From a virus (lineage: Duplodnaviria > Heunggongvirae > Uroviricota > Caudoviricetes): a DNA stretch of 64,000 nucleotides. The stretch lies in the IMG/VR virus record IMGVR_UViG_3300029522_000074; one strand, given 5' to 3'. Shown here piece after piece: positions 1-9,634 of the stretch. Numbering within the stretch: the stretch's first letter is position 1; each line of letters opens with the position of its first letter. The notes under the pieces were generated by a model, which did no database searches, was not told the DNA's origin, and was given only the letters and a program-made list of their open reading frames with translations. A program made the translations under genes and the position numbers.

Positions 1-197
1 TATGTAAATATTGTTAATAAAACAATCTATATAAACGCCCTTCTCAGGACGGAACATAGAGATTAAATCTATATAAAATCTATCTTCAACAGTGATTTTT
101 GAGCGCAAAAGCCCAAGGGTATGCTGTTCTTCCACCCATTCGTATATTCACTATTCAGTTTTGATTTTTTGGAAATTTTGAACTGAATTGTTCAAGA

Positions 198-590
198 CTA
201 ATCTAAGATATTTCCTGTTACTTCATACATTTCTAAATCGTTTAATTCACACCATGATTCAAAATTATCTCTCTGAACGTACCAACCAACATTCATTCCA
301 AGAAATTCATTCTCACCATTTCCATAAGATACTACATTATATAATTCTCCGTTTAGTATGTCGTTTTCAAAGATTAACTTGCCATTTTTATCATGGCTAC
401 CAGTACATCTACACAATGTCTTTGGATCTACTTCTTCAAAACCATCGGTTTCACCATGAGAATAGAATACTGTTGCTGGTTCAAATATTATATGAATTTC
501 TTTACCATACATATCTAAACCTTTTACATAATATCCACAAACCCATTGACCACTATTAATGCTCTTTGCTTTACATAGCTGCGTATCCAT
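198..590 (-). CDS. YopX-like phage protein
   Basis: N-terminal GQWVCGYYV motif and overall pattern resemble the YopX phage family; 130 aa; RBS GGAGG upstream. Confidence 0.45.
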   Translation of the reverse strand: MDTQLCKAKSINSGQWVCGYYVKGLDMYGKEIHIIFEPATVFYSHGETDGFEEVDPKTLCRCTGSHDKNGKLIFENDILNGELYNVVSYGNGENEFLGMNVGWYVQRDNFESWCELNDLEMYEVTGNILD

Positions 591-838
591 TTCTCACCTC
601 CTCAAAACCCGAATGAAACAGTGATTTCTTGCTATTCTTATATTCTCTGTTTCTTGATATTGATACTGTAAAACCCTTGATTTATAAGGGTTTTCAGCAC
701 CTCGTTTTTATTATTCTCTAAAAATCATTGAAAATTAGGGATTTTTGCTCGATTTGAGCATTTTTGAAATTTTTGACCTCTGAAACCCTTATAAACACTA
801 GGTTTGTAAAGCCAAAGAAATGTCAGTTTCCTTCGACT

Positions 839-1060
839 CTATTTCTTCACCGTTACATTGAAAACTGACCTTAAAATACAGATAATCAACCAAATACCAG
901 TTGCAATAGACCATTTAAATGTTATTCCAAAGCACATCGTAATAAGTTTGATAATTCCACATGTGACAATCCAACTAAGTCCATAGCACGCAGCTAAAAT
1001 TGTAATGACAATAACTGCTGTTGTGCCACCTTTTGTTAATTTTTCCTTCAAATTGCTCAT
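839..1060 (-). CDS. small hydrophobic membrane protein (two predicted TM segments)
   Basis: 73 aa, two hydrophobic stretches; position between blocks is compatible with a holin or membrane effector. Confidence 0.4.
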   Translation of the reverse strand: MSNLKEKLTKGGTTAVIVITILAACYGLSWIVTCGIIKLITMCFGITFKWSIATGIWLIICILRSVFNVTVKK

Positions 1061-1097
1061 ATGTACCTCTCTTTCTTTACTTTTATATTCTCTCTTA

Positions 1098-1343
1098 TTA
1101 ATATAATTTCATACTTAATTCAGAAACTTGTTCTTTAATTTCATCCACTTCTGTTAAACCATTTATATGTTCTAACTTGTGATTGATATCATTTATGTCA
1201 GATTCAATCTCGTCAATTATTTGAATAACAACACTTTTGGGAATAAATTCTTCCCTATCATCAAATTCATAATCAGTTAAATCACCATACTGATATGCTT
1301 CCTTGTCTATTTGTTCTCTATAATTTGTATTTTTATATGCCAT
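1098..1343 (-). CDS. hypothetical acidic protein
   Basis: 81 aa ORF in the dense minus-strand array. Confidence 0.35.
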   Translation of the reverse strand: MAYKNTNYREQIDKEAYQYGDLTDYEFDDREEFIPKSVVIQIIDEIESDINDINHKLEHINGLTEVDEIKEQVSELSMKLY

Positions 1344-1389
1344 TATCTTTACCTCCTCGCATGAAATCGAAATTTCTTGGTACTTTTAT

Positions 1390-1433
1390 CGCTATATATA
1401 GCGTATATTCATTTAGCGCACACTATATATAGT
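1390..1433. promoter_or_regulatory. paired palindromic sites CGCTATATATAGCG and CACTATATATAGT, centres about 31 bp apart
   Basis: Two near-perfect 12-14 bp palindromes sharing the core CTATATATAG, in an intergenic gap; same architecture recurs at 19710 and 27585. Confidence 0.45.
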
Positions 1434-1441
1434 ATCTTATT

Positions 1442-1735
1442 TTACTCTACCACGTCCCAATCTTCTGCAAGCATATCTGTCTGACTTGCAAGCCATCCAA
1501 TAACTAATTTATTGTCTGCTGTCTTCATATCAATATGTGGGCAAATTTCAATTTCGTCCATGCCTTTATCTTTACAAAAACTTCTTAAATAATTTGCTAT
1601 TTCTGGTTTCATTTCATCTAAATGAACAACACTTCCTGTTGTCATATACAAAAACATGCCCTTACCATTCCATCCAACTCTTGCTACCTTTTTACCGTTC
1701 TTTAAAGCTTCAATTGCCTGTCCAAAATTCATCAT
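1442..1735 (-). CDS. DUF2829 family protein, Tad2-like (candidate Thoeris anti-defence gcADPR sponge)
   Basis: N-terminal FGQAIEALKNGKKVARVGWNGKGMF and C-terminal GWLASQTDMLAEDWDVV match, as I recall it, the DUF2829 signature to which phage Tad2 belongs; 97 aa. Confidence 0.6.
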   Translation of the reverse strand: MMNFGQAIEALKNGKKVARVGWNGKGMFLYMTTGSVVHLDEMKPEIANYLRSFCKDKGMDEIEICPHIDMKTADNKLVIGWLASQTDMLAEDWDVVE

Positions 1736-1756
1736 TTTAAAATCTCCTTTACTTCG

Positions 1757-2122
1757 TTATCTCCAACTGATACTGTAATATGGTTCATTGTACTGAGTAC
1801 CAGTCTCGACTTTATAACCAAGTTCTTCTAATTTCTTTCGTGTTTCAGGTTTCAAAGAACCATCTTCACTAATTGAAAATTTGCCATCTGCAATCGCATC
1901 TCTAATTAATTTAGATAATTCTGCTAATTGTTGCGTAGTGCAGTTATCAATTGCGTTATTTGTCATCTTATTTGCTTCTGATGCAGACGGAATAACATTC
2001 TTTGGTGACTGAACTTCTGGCATAGGAATGTTGGAAGTAATAGCATCTTCACAACAATCTGCATCGCTACATCCTAAACAAAATTTATAACTTCTGTTAG
2101 TTATTGGGTACTTACAAGTCAT
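1757..2122 (-). CDS. hypothetical protein, Cys-rich N-terminus
   Basis: 121 aa; CxxC-rich N-terminal segment. Confidence 0.4.
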   Translation of the reverse strand: MTCKYPITNRSYKFCLGCSDADCCEDAITSNIPMPEVQSPKNVIPSASEANKMTNNAIDNCTTQQLAELSKLIRDAIADGKFSISEDGSLKPETRKKLEELGYKVETGTQYNEPYYSISWR

Positions 2123-2137
2123 TTATTCATCCTCCTT

Positions 2138-2575
2138 TTAAACCTGTTTATATAACTGATTTTGGAGCTTCCCTAATACCTTATTAACAGCAACCTTGCC
2201 CATTTCTTTATTCCATATTTCACCTTGTCTAACCCTTGCAAAGAATAAAGCATATTCTGAAATATTATTTTCCACATCTTCGTAAAATTTTTCGTCCTCT
2301 TCACTATCATCAAATTCAGATTTACATGAACTAATAATCATCACAGCTAAAAAATCTTTTGCAACCTGTATTAATCCGTCTGATGTCTTGATTTGATCAT
2401 TTAGAAAATCATTTGTTTCTATTGTTGATTTTTCTGGTACAGAAAAATAATATAACTGCTTAAAATCTTGCTCTTTTGTGTCTTCAATATGAATTCCCAT
2501 ATATTCTAATGTAAGTATAGTTTTAAGATTTTCTTCAATCTGTTTTGAATTATTCTCTAATTCTATTGGTATCAC
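2138..2575 (-). CDS. hypothetical protein
   Basis: 145 aa ORF, no recognisable motif. Confidence 0.4.
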   Translation of the reverse strand: MIPIELENNSKQIEENLKTILTLEYMGIHIEDTKEQDFKQLYYFSVPEKSTIETNDFLNDQIKTSDGLIQVAKDFLAVMIISSCKSEFDDSEEDEKFYEDVENNISEYALFFARVRQGEIWNKEMGKVAVNKVLGKLQNQLYKQV

Positions 2576-2842
2576 CTCCTACATTCCAACATATTCAGGA
2601 AATTTTTCATAGATTTTATTCCACTCTTCAATAATTCTTCTATTCATAATTTCCTGATCAATCAATTCTTCTACGATTTTTGCAGTAGCACACTGCGTCT
2701 GACTTCTAAGAATTTTACAAGCATTTTTCTTATACTCTTCTAAATCTTCTATAGAAACACTTGACAGCATTGTATTTTCATTTGTTAATCCTTGCATTAC
2801 TGATGGTGTTATCATTCGTTTCACCTCCACACGAAACCGATA

Positions 2843-3403
2843 TTACTTATTTTTTGATTCAAATTCTTCAAATGCTTTATAAAACTCACTGCCTTTTATC
2901 TCTTCAAAACCATTTTCATAAGGAGTTAATGAATTATAGCGATTAGTACTCATACGTAAGTATTGTTTTCCATTGTATTCAAAACTTGTTCTTGAATAGC
3001 CACCCATTTCCGTTTCTTCGAAGTAGTCTCCACACCTCAAAGGATAAGCATTAATAACTATCTCCTTTTTAATACATTCATCTTGAAATTGCTTTAATAT
3101 TTTGCAACCTTTTTTAAACTTTCTCATACTTTGACCTTCAAACATTTTAGGTTTGTTTAATTGATTACCAAATTTTTCACTATTTTCCTGCACATCATCA
3201 ATATACAATTCAATATTACTTTTTGTGTTTTCCTTAAACGCAACATTAACATTACCATCTCCACGCATATAATAATGATTTCCACTTATTCCTATGCGAT
3301 TGAAAAAATCTTTGATAAATTCTCTTCTGTTTTTTTCTATTACTTCATCACGATGTAACCCTTTTAAAAAATCTTCATTTGTTACAATATAAAATTTCTC
3401 CAT
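2843..3403 (-). CDS. hypothetical protein
   Basis: 186 aa ORF directly downstream of the AdSS-like gene. Confidence 0.4.
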   Translation of the reverse strand: MEKFYIVTNEDFLKGLHRDEVIEKNRREFIKDFFNRIGISGNHYYMRGDGNVNVAFKENTKSNIELYIDDVQENSEKFGNQLNKPKMFEGQSMRKFKKGCKILKQFQDECIKKEIVINAYPLRCGDYFEETEMGGYSRTSFEYNGKQYLRMSTNRYNSLTPYENGFEEIKGSEFYKAFEEFESKNK

Positions 3404-3445
3404 TTTTTACCTCCATATTTCCAAAAGAACGAATCTTTCTTGTTC

Positions 3446-4537
3446 TCAGTTCACATCATTATGTGTTTCACCATCTGAGTAATAAATATTCCAATCCTTG
3501 AATAACTCAATCAATTTATCATTATCCCAATCATATTCATTACAATGTGTAATGGTGATTGATTTTTTATCTCCAAAGTTTCCTATATCATTAGAGCATC
3601 TACTATATAATTCTCCTAAATCCAGTGTTCCATATCTCAATGTATCCTGGAATGGATTTGGCACATTTGTTTTATCAAACATATATTCGTTGATAAATCT
3701 CTTATTACATTCAGATGGGAATTTACCAGCACCATGTCTTGTTAAATAAGTACGCGATACATAACAAGTTTCAATATTTATCTCATCATTCCATTCAACA
3801 TTTTCAATTATTCTCTTGGGATTTTTAATACCTGTATTAGACGGTGTTAGATGTGGAAAATATTCTGTGTTGTTCTGATCAAGCAATAAACCTTGTGCAG
3901 CTTCAAATACAATATTGTCAAATTGATTTAAGAAATAATTATCTGATATAGCCAATGAGTGATTATTCATAAAATCCCAATCATCTAAAAAGTGTTCAAA
4001 TATACCATTATCAAGGAATATTTTTGACCATTCATCTGTTAATATAATATTCTCTCTTTCAAATTGTTCTAAGTAGTATTCCCTGATATGATTATCTACA
4101 TCAGTTATGCCAGCTTTATATCTTTTGATAGTTTCAAAAATTCCCAAGCCACAACTACCATGTTTATTTTTTCCACGATTTTCTTCTATAATCTGATTTG
4201 CCATCATATCAAAAGGTGTAGTCAACATACAATTTTGATTGATATAAACATTCGTAATATATCCTAATTTCATCAATTCATCATATTCCTGCTTAAAGAT
4301 AATTGGATTAACAATAAAATCCTCAGATAAATATGTACTTGCATGATTGAATGTTCCAGATCCAAAATGATGAAAGACATGTCTGATTCCATCAGGCGTT
4401 GTTACGGTATGTCCTCTCTGAGCACCACCATTTGAACAAACAACAATACTATTAGGTTTCTGTGAGAAATAATCTGTCATTAATCCCTTTCCACAATCTC
4501 CAAAGTTAGCACCTATTACAATCTTAATGTCTTTCAT
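3446..4537 (-). CDS. adenylosuccinate synthetase family protein, short form (PurA/PurZ-like)
   Basis: P-loop IVIGANFGDCGKG (compare GDEGKGK), GAQRGHTV (compare GHNAGHTV), EAAQGLLLDQNNTEYFPHLTPSNT (compare [22 protein letters not shown]), YLTRHGAGKFP (compare TTRVGSGPFP); 363 aa, the size of archaeal-type PurA and phage PurZ. Confidence 0.75.
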   Translation of the reverse strand: MKDIKIVIGANFGDCGKGLMTDYFSQKPNSIVVCSNGGAQRGHTVTTPDGIRHVFHHFGSGTFNHASTYLSEDFIVNPIIFKQEYDELMKLGYITNVYINQNCMLTTPFDMMANQIIEENRGKNKHGSCGLGIFETIKRYKAGITDVDNHIREYYLEQFERENIILTDEWSKIFLDNGIFEHFLDDWDFMNNHSLAISDNYFLNQFDNIVFEAAQGLLLDQNNTEYFPHLTPSNTGIKNPKRIIENVEWNDEINIETCYVSRTYLTRHGAGKFPSECNKRFINEYMFDKTNVPNPFQDTLRYGTLDLGELYSRCSNDIGNFGDKKSITITHCNEYDWDNDKLIELFKDWNIYYSDGETHNDVN

Positions 4538-4554
4538 CTCTTAAATCTCCTATC

Positions 4555-5454
4555 CTACCAAGTAATTCCTTCTGAGTTAGAAGGTGTAGTAACTGTATCT
4601 GTAACATTATTCTCTGCTTCACTAACAATAATATCTACAATCTCATTTGTAATACTATCCATAGTTACTCTTCTAAAGTGTGTATCATCAAGATACTTCT
4701 TGTAGGACTTCTCAATTTCTTCTTCATCCCATCTGTGACCGTGATTTACATCTAAATGATAAATGTTAAACTTCTGAGAAGCCTCTTCGTATAAATCCTT
4801 AGTCTCTACATCAGACTGAAGGTTATCACCTGTCACCTCTGATAAGCCATGACCTCTACTCTTAAATGGAAGATATGGATTTAACTGCTCATCACCCATT
4901 GTAATAATAATTCCTTTTCTTCTACGGTTTAAGCAATCAAGCTTTGTGTGACGAGAACCGAAATACCATGCTGCTGTGTAGGATTCATAACTATTTCCAC
5001 CACCGCCAAATTCAAAATAAATCTTGTCAAGCTGTTCAGCAATACGAATATCTGACTCAAACTGTGAAGCCTGAATTGGATAGCTATCACAAGCTAAATC
5101 ACCAATACCCATGATAAGGAACTCAACATCTGTAACCTTTTCATATAACTTAGTCATAATTACATTTAACTTCTTTGCCACTTCAACGGCAGCCTGTCCC
5201 ATAGAACCAGTTACATCAAGTGCAAGAATAACAGGAATTGTGTTTGGATGTTCCTCTGTATCGCAACACTCTCTAATAACATTCTTAGGATCAAGTGCAG
5301 AATCAATATTTCTTGCCTTAAACATGTCCTGATTAGAATAAGAACCTCTAATCATACCATCCGTTGAAACACTCATACCCTTTGTTGTTGAATAACTTAC
5401 ATAACTATCTCTTGTCCATGAACCGCATCCCATATTATGCCTCCTCCTCTTCAT
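4555..5454 (-). CDS. von Willebrand factor A (VWA) domain protein
   Basis: MIDAS motif ILALDVTGSM (DxSxS-type) followed by a VWA-like alpha/beta pattern; start may be an internal Met. Confidence 0.55.
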   Translation of the reverse strand: MKRRRHNMGCGSWTRDSYVSYSTTKGMSVSTDGMIRGSYSNQDMFKARNIDSALDPKNVIRECCDTEEHPNTIPVILALDVTGSMGQAAVEVAKKLNVIMTKLYEKVTDVEFLIMGIGDLACDSYPIQASQFESDIRIAEQLDKIYFEFGGGGNSYESYTAAWYFGSRHTKLDCLNRRRKGIIITMGDEQLNPYLPFKSRGHGLSEVTGDNLQSDVETKDLYEEASQKFNIYHLDVNHGHRWDEEEIEKSYKKYLDDTHFRRVTMDSITNEIVDIIVSEAENNVTDTVTTPSNSEGITW

Positions 5455-6052
5455 CTACTTCTGTATCATCGTCATCATTGCTACTCATATCAAAGTCGAA
5501 CATTCCGTCAAACATATCACCCATATTTCCACCCATCATCATAAGTGGTAACATAGAACTCATTCCACCATTGCCATTCATCATGCCAGCAGAACCATTA
5601 TCACTTTTCATCATCTGAGAAAGCATCATGTACTTAAAGATATTATTTGTACCTTTCTTACCTTTAATAACATCACTTCCAAACATCGAAACAATCTTTC
5701 CATAAAAATATGTATTGCCCATAAATACATGTCTTTCAGGAAGCACGGTTTCAATTGTTGAGTCCTCATAATTGATTACTGTAATCTTTGTCTTATCGGC
5801 TTCAATAACACATCTTGGCTTACCATTTACAAGAATGATGTCACCCTTCTCTACCTTATTAGTTGGAATAATAAAGAAGAATTCCTCTCCAATATCAAAT
5901 ACAAAGTTACTACAGTTTGTGAGCTTGCCAGTCTTGATGTTATATGTCTTATAACCACCATTTGTCTTAACTGCAATTCCACCATTCATAGAAAGTCTAC
6001 ACATTCCACTTCCTACCTTACCAAACATGCCATTTAAAAAATTGTTCATCAT
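5435..6052 (-). CDS. hypothetical protein with Met/Gly-rich region and poly-acidic C-terminus
   Basis: 205 aa; C-terminal MMGGNMGDMFDGMFDFDMSSNDDDDTEVDEEEEA low-complexity tail. Confidence 0.4.
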   Translation of the reverse strand: MMNNFLNGMFGKVGSGMCRLSMNGGIAVKTNGGYKTYNIKTGKLTNCSNFVFDIGEEFFFIIPTNKVEKGDIILVNGKPRCVIEADKTKITVINYEDSTIETVLPERHVFMGNTYFYGKIVSMFGSDVIKGKKGTNNIFKYMMLSQMMKSDNGSAGMMNGNGGMSSMLPLMMMGGNMGDMFDGMFDFDMSSNDDDDTEVDEEEEA

Positions 6053-6838
6053 ATTTATTTCCTCCTATGATATAAAATTATTGTTTACAATTACTTATTC
6101 TCTTAACTGCGACATTCTCATCAATTCTTCTTTGTCTGCTTCTGATAATGTCAATCCTGCTTTAATCCAAGCCTCTGTCTGTTCATCAATTTTCTTCTTA
6201 TATCCACCTTGAATTATCCCATTTTCACTTAGCAACCTCTTACAATTCTCATACTGAATATCATTTGTCTCATGTGCATTTCTAAGATTACTTTCTAAGC
6301 AGCGAATAATATCAATCAGCTCATCTTTTGTCATAGACTTTAATGTACTATCTGAATATGTTCTTCTTCCATCACCTATCGCCATGTTCAACCTGCTTAA
6401 ACAATCTAGCTGGAAATTCGTCTATATCGCCATCTTTATAAGCCTGTTCTTCACCAACCCAAACAATTTCAATTTTATTAGGATTAAAATTTGATCTACC
6501 AATAAAATAAGCCTTCTTACCTTTTTTATAAAATGTTGTATCCTCAATTAATTCAATAATATCTCCTCTTTTCATTCTTTTTCCTCCGATTTTTCATAAT
6601 ACTGTTTTATTAATTAGCTGTCCTATATAATTATTCTCCTATAACTATTTAAAACATCATTTATCTTATCAACTAATATTGTTGGATCACTTGACATACG
6701 ACATACAAATTCATCATTACAATAAACTTCATATACATCATCATATTCTGGTCTTCCCCAACAATCACATCCATTTACAACTTCAGTTTTCTCTATACGA
6801 AATATATTAATCACCTCCCAAGAAAGAAAAATTTCTTT

Positions 6839-7477
6839 CTATGATTCAAACTGATAATCCTTGTTACTTACAAATTTGTCAATTTTTCCATCTTTGAAAA
6901 ATACAAATTCTGCATAAAAATCATCTGTATTTTCTGACATTGCACACGAAACATACTCATCAGATTCCTCGTCATATTTTTCAAACCATCTCTCAACGCC
7001 ATCATCAACTGTTGTATTTTTAAAAACAAAATATGGAAATTCATTTTCGTCAATTGACAAAATATCATTTGCTATTTCGGTAAATCTTTCAATAATATGT
7101 TCTCTTTTTAATACTGGGATATTATCTTCTTCTGATACATCATAAGTATCATTTTGTTTTAAGAATTGCATAATAGAATTTGAAATAATCTGTTTATCAG
7201 ATGTATGAAAAATCTGTTGATTTGACATCTCCCAACAAATCCTATCAGGTGTGTTATCGCACTCATTAATGGATTTGTTAGTTCTTGTCCATACATCGTT
7301 TCCGTCCATTCCAATAATTCCCTTTTTAAAACCAAATGGTGTTTGAATGTAATCATGAATATATTTATCTGGTAAGACGCTCCAAATTATAGGAGAAAAC
7401 CACCATGAGTTTTTATATTCAAATATTTCTTCTCCTGTATAGTCTTTTCTTATTCCATAAATACTACTACTGCTCAT
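6839..7477 (-). CDS. hypothetical protein
   Basis: 212 aa ORF. Confidence 0.4.
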   Translation of the reverse strand: MSSSSIYGIRKDYTGEEIFEYKNSWWFSPIIWSVLPDKYIHDYIQTPFGFKKGIIGMDGNDVWTRTNKSINECDNTPDRICWEMSNQQIFHTSDKQIISNSIMQFLKQNDTYDVSEEDNIPVLKREHIIERFTEIANDILSIDENEFPYFVFKNTTVDDGVERWFEKYDEESDEYVSCAMSENTDDFYAEFVFFKDGKIDKFVSNKDYQFES

Positions 7478-7496
7478 TTATTCTCCTTTCTTATCC

Positions 7497-8258
7497 TTAA
7501 TCTAACCACCTATTATCCAAATAATAGAACCCAAATACCATTCCTCCGATTAAAATAACCCAAAAGATCCAGAAAATAATAATTGGAAAATCAGATTCTA
7601 ACCTTTCTATCGTCTCGTCAATAGTCGAATTATTATAAAATGATGTGTTATCAGAAATGGTTTTATCTCTCAAATCTGTAAAAATTGTTCCTTTATATTC
7701 AGTACCAACGCCATAATATTTATACCTTATATGACTTGATTCCTTGATAGTGTCAATATAATCAGTACCAGGTAAATCAATTTTATTACTTGTGAAATTT
7801 ACTCCACAAAATGATACTTCTTTACACTTAATATCTTCACTTCCGACTCTATCCCAAGTCCAATATGTTTCTGTTGTATAATAAGTTTGTGATTTGCCAT
7901 TAACAGTTCTTGTATGAGCTACTTGTCTTGTATGCATTGTGTATTGCTCTTTGACTTTTTCTACATACATATATTCTCCATCAATTTCAGGATATGTAAC
8001 TGTATCTACTGTTTTCAAATCACCATATACAAACGCATTACCAACATTTGTATCCATTCCATATTGGAACATTTCTTGACTTTCTATCTTAACAGCTTTG
8101 TTATAAATTTCATTTTTATCCATTTGATATTCTGAAATCTTAGAAGAAATCAGAATACCAAACAGAATCATAACTGCAATGATAGAAATACTAGCCAAGA
8201 TTTCACGTTTTGTTATTTCAAAATTGCCAAAATCAAAACCTTTTCTACCATATCTCAT
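7497..8258 (-). CDS. membrane protein with N- and C-terminal TM segments (possible TPM-like partner of LemA)
   Basis: 253 aa; hydrophobic segments near both termini; immediately downstream of LemA, as LemA-TPM pairs are arranged in bacteria. Confidence 0.4.
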   Translation of the reverse strand: MRYGRKGFDFGNFEITKREILASISIIAVMILFGILISSKISEYQMDKNEIYNKAVKIESQEMFQYGMDTNVGNAFVYGDLKTVDTVTYPEIDGEYMYVEKVKEQYTMHTRQVAHTRTVNGKSQTYYTTETYWTWDRVGSEDIKCKEVSFCGVNFTSNKIDLPGTDYIDTIKESSHIRYKYYGVGTEYKGTIFTDLRDKTISDNTSFYNNSTIDETIERLESDFPIIIFWIFWVILIGGMVFGFYYLDNRWLD

Positions 8259-8261
8259 AGA

Positions 8262-8813
8262 CTAATCCTCTTTAAACAAATCCTGCGGAGCATCAACTGG
8301 TGCATTGTAATCCAAATACTCATATTCCTGTACTTCATATCCAAGCAATCCAAGAAACTGTCTTGTAGGGAACTTTCTCACATATCGTTTGTATTCCTTA
8401 ATCTGTTTATTGTAATTGCTGCGATATTCTGCAATCATATTCTCTGTCATAGATAACTCATTCATAAGAGTCTTATAGTTCTCATTGGACTTCAACTCAG
8501 GATATGCTTCTGCAACTGCTGTAATAGCTGTTGTTACATTCTCAATATCCCCTGTTGATCCACGACCATCTGCAACCGCTGTCAATGTATCAGCTTCATG
8601 TTTGTCATACTGTTTTACACAATCAGCAAGGTTATATACAAGATCAACTCTTCGCTTTTCCTGTACCTTAATATCTGATGACGCTGTATTTACCTGCTCT
8701 TCAAGTGCAATAGCCTTATTCTGTGAACTCTGTACACCAAATACAATCATCAAAATAACTGCTAATACTCCTACGCCAATAATTACTGGCACTTTCCAAT
8801 TTGTGTTCTTCAT
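8262..8813 (-). CDS. LemA family protein
   Basis: N-terminal TM, then AYPELKSNENYKTLMNELSMTENMIAEYRSNYNKQIKEYKRYVRKFPTRQF matching the LemA signature. Confidence 0.7.
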   Translation of the reverse strand: MKNTNWKVPVIIGVGVLAVILMIVFGVQSSQNKAIALEEQVNTASSDIKVQEKRRVDLVYNLADCVKQYDKHEADTLTAVADGRGSTGDIENVTTAITAVAEAYPELKSNENYKTLMNELSMTENMIAEYRSNYNKQIKEYKRYVRKFPTRQFLGLLGYEVQEYEYLDYNAPVDAPQDLFKED

Positions 8814-8947
8814 TTAAAATCTCCTTTATATGTAATATTTTTATTAGTTACACTGTAATATTCTCTTATTTGTTGGGATTCCCATAGCCGAATGGCTTAG
8901 ATATGATTAAAAATTTTCCAATGAAAGATTGGTTTACTGCGAAACCA

Positions 8948-9259
8948 CTACTTACTCTTCTTTACAGAAGTATTATTAACTGACTTCTGAATATTCTTCA
9001 TAAGCTGAATATTGTCGTTAATCATAAGTGCTAATGCCTGATCCTCTGTAAATCCAACATTTATATATGCATCAAACATATTTTTCTTAGTTCTCGCCTG
9101 AATTGCAGGATACTCAGTATTCTCAGAATAATCCTTTGCAATGATCATAAGTTCCTTCAGAACATCATATATAGGCTCTTTATACTTTGTAATGTATGTC
9201 TTTACTACCTCTCCTAAACTTTCTGGGTTCTCTGCTAATAATCTTAAAATTGTTTCCAT
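8948..9259 (-). CDS. hypothetical protein
   Basis: 103 aa ORF. Confidence 0.35.
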   Translation of the reverse strand: METILRLLAENPESLGEVVKTYITKYKEPIYDVLKELMIIAKDYSENTEYPAIQARTKKNMFDAYINVGFTEDQALALMINDNIQLMKNIQKSVNNTSVKKSK

Positions 9260-9634
9260 GTTTAATATTCTCCTTTATAAATTTTTTGTTATTCTCCAAA
9301 CTCACAAGTATCACATGTTGAAAAATACTTATCGTGGTCTATGCAGCATTGTGGTCTGCTATCATCTTCATATTTTTCTTTCTTAAAATTTATATAAAAT
9401 TGTTCACATCTACAAGTCAACATAGACGCAATAGACATTCCGTGAATAATAGCCATTTTACACTGATTGTTATCTTTAAACACCGTGGAATCAACCATTT
9501 TATCAAATTCTTCTGAAGCGATATAATCCAATACTTTCTGTTGTAGTTCGGTTGAATCAATAAGTACTTTATAATTATCCATTTAGCACCTCTTTTCATA
9601 AAATCCAACGATATGTTGCTTTCTTATGAAATAA

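Noticed and set aside
3446-4537. Asserting outright that this is PurZ and that the phage has a Z-genome
   Set aside because: I cannot evaluate the substrate-pocket residues from memory, and DatZ/MazZ/DpoZ are not identifiable in this window. It is kept as a hypothesis under findings.
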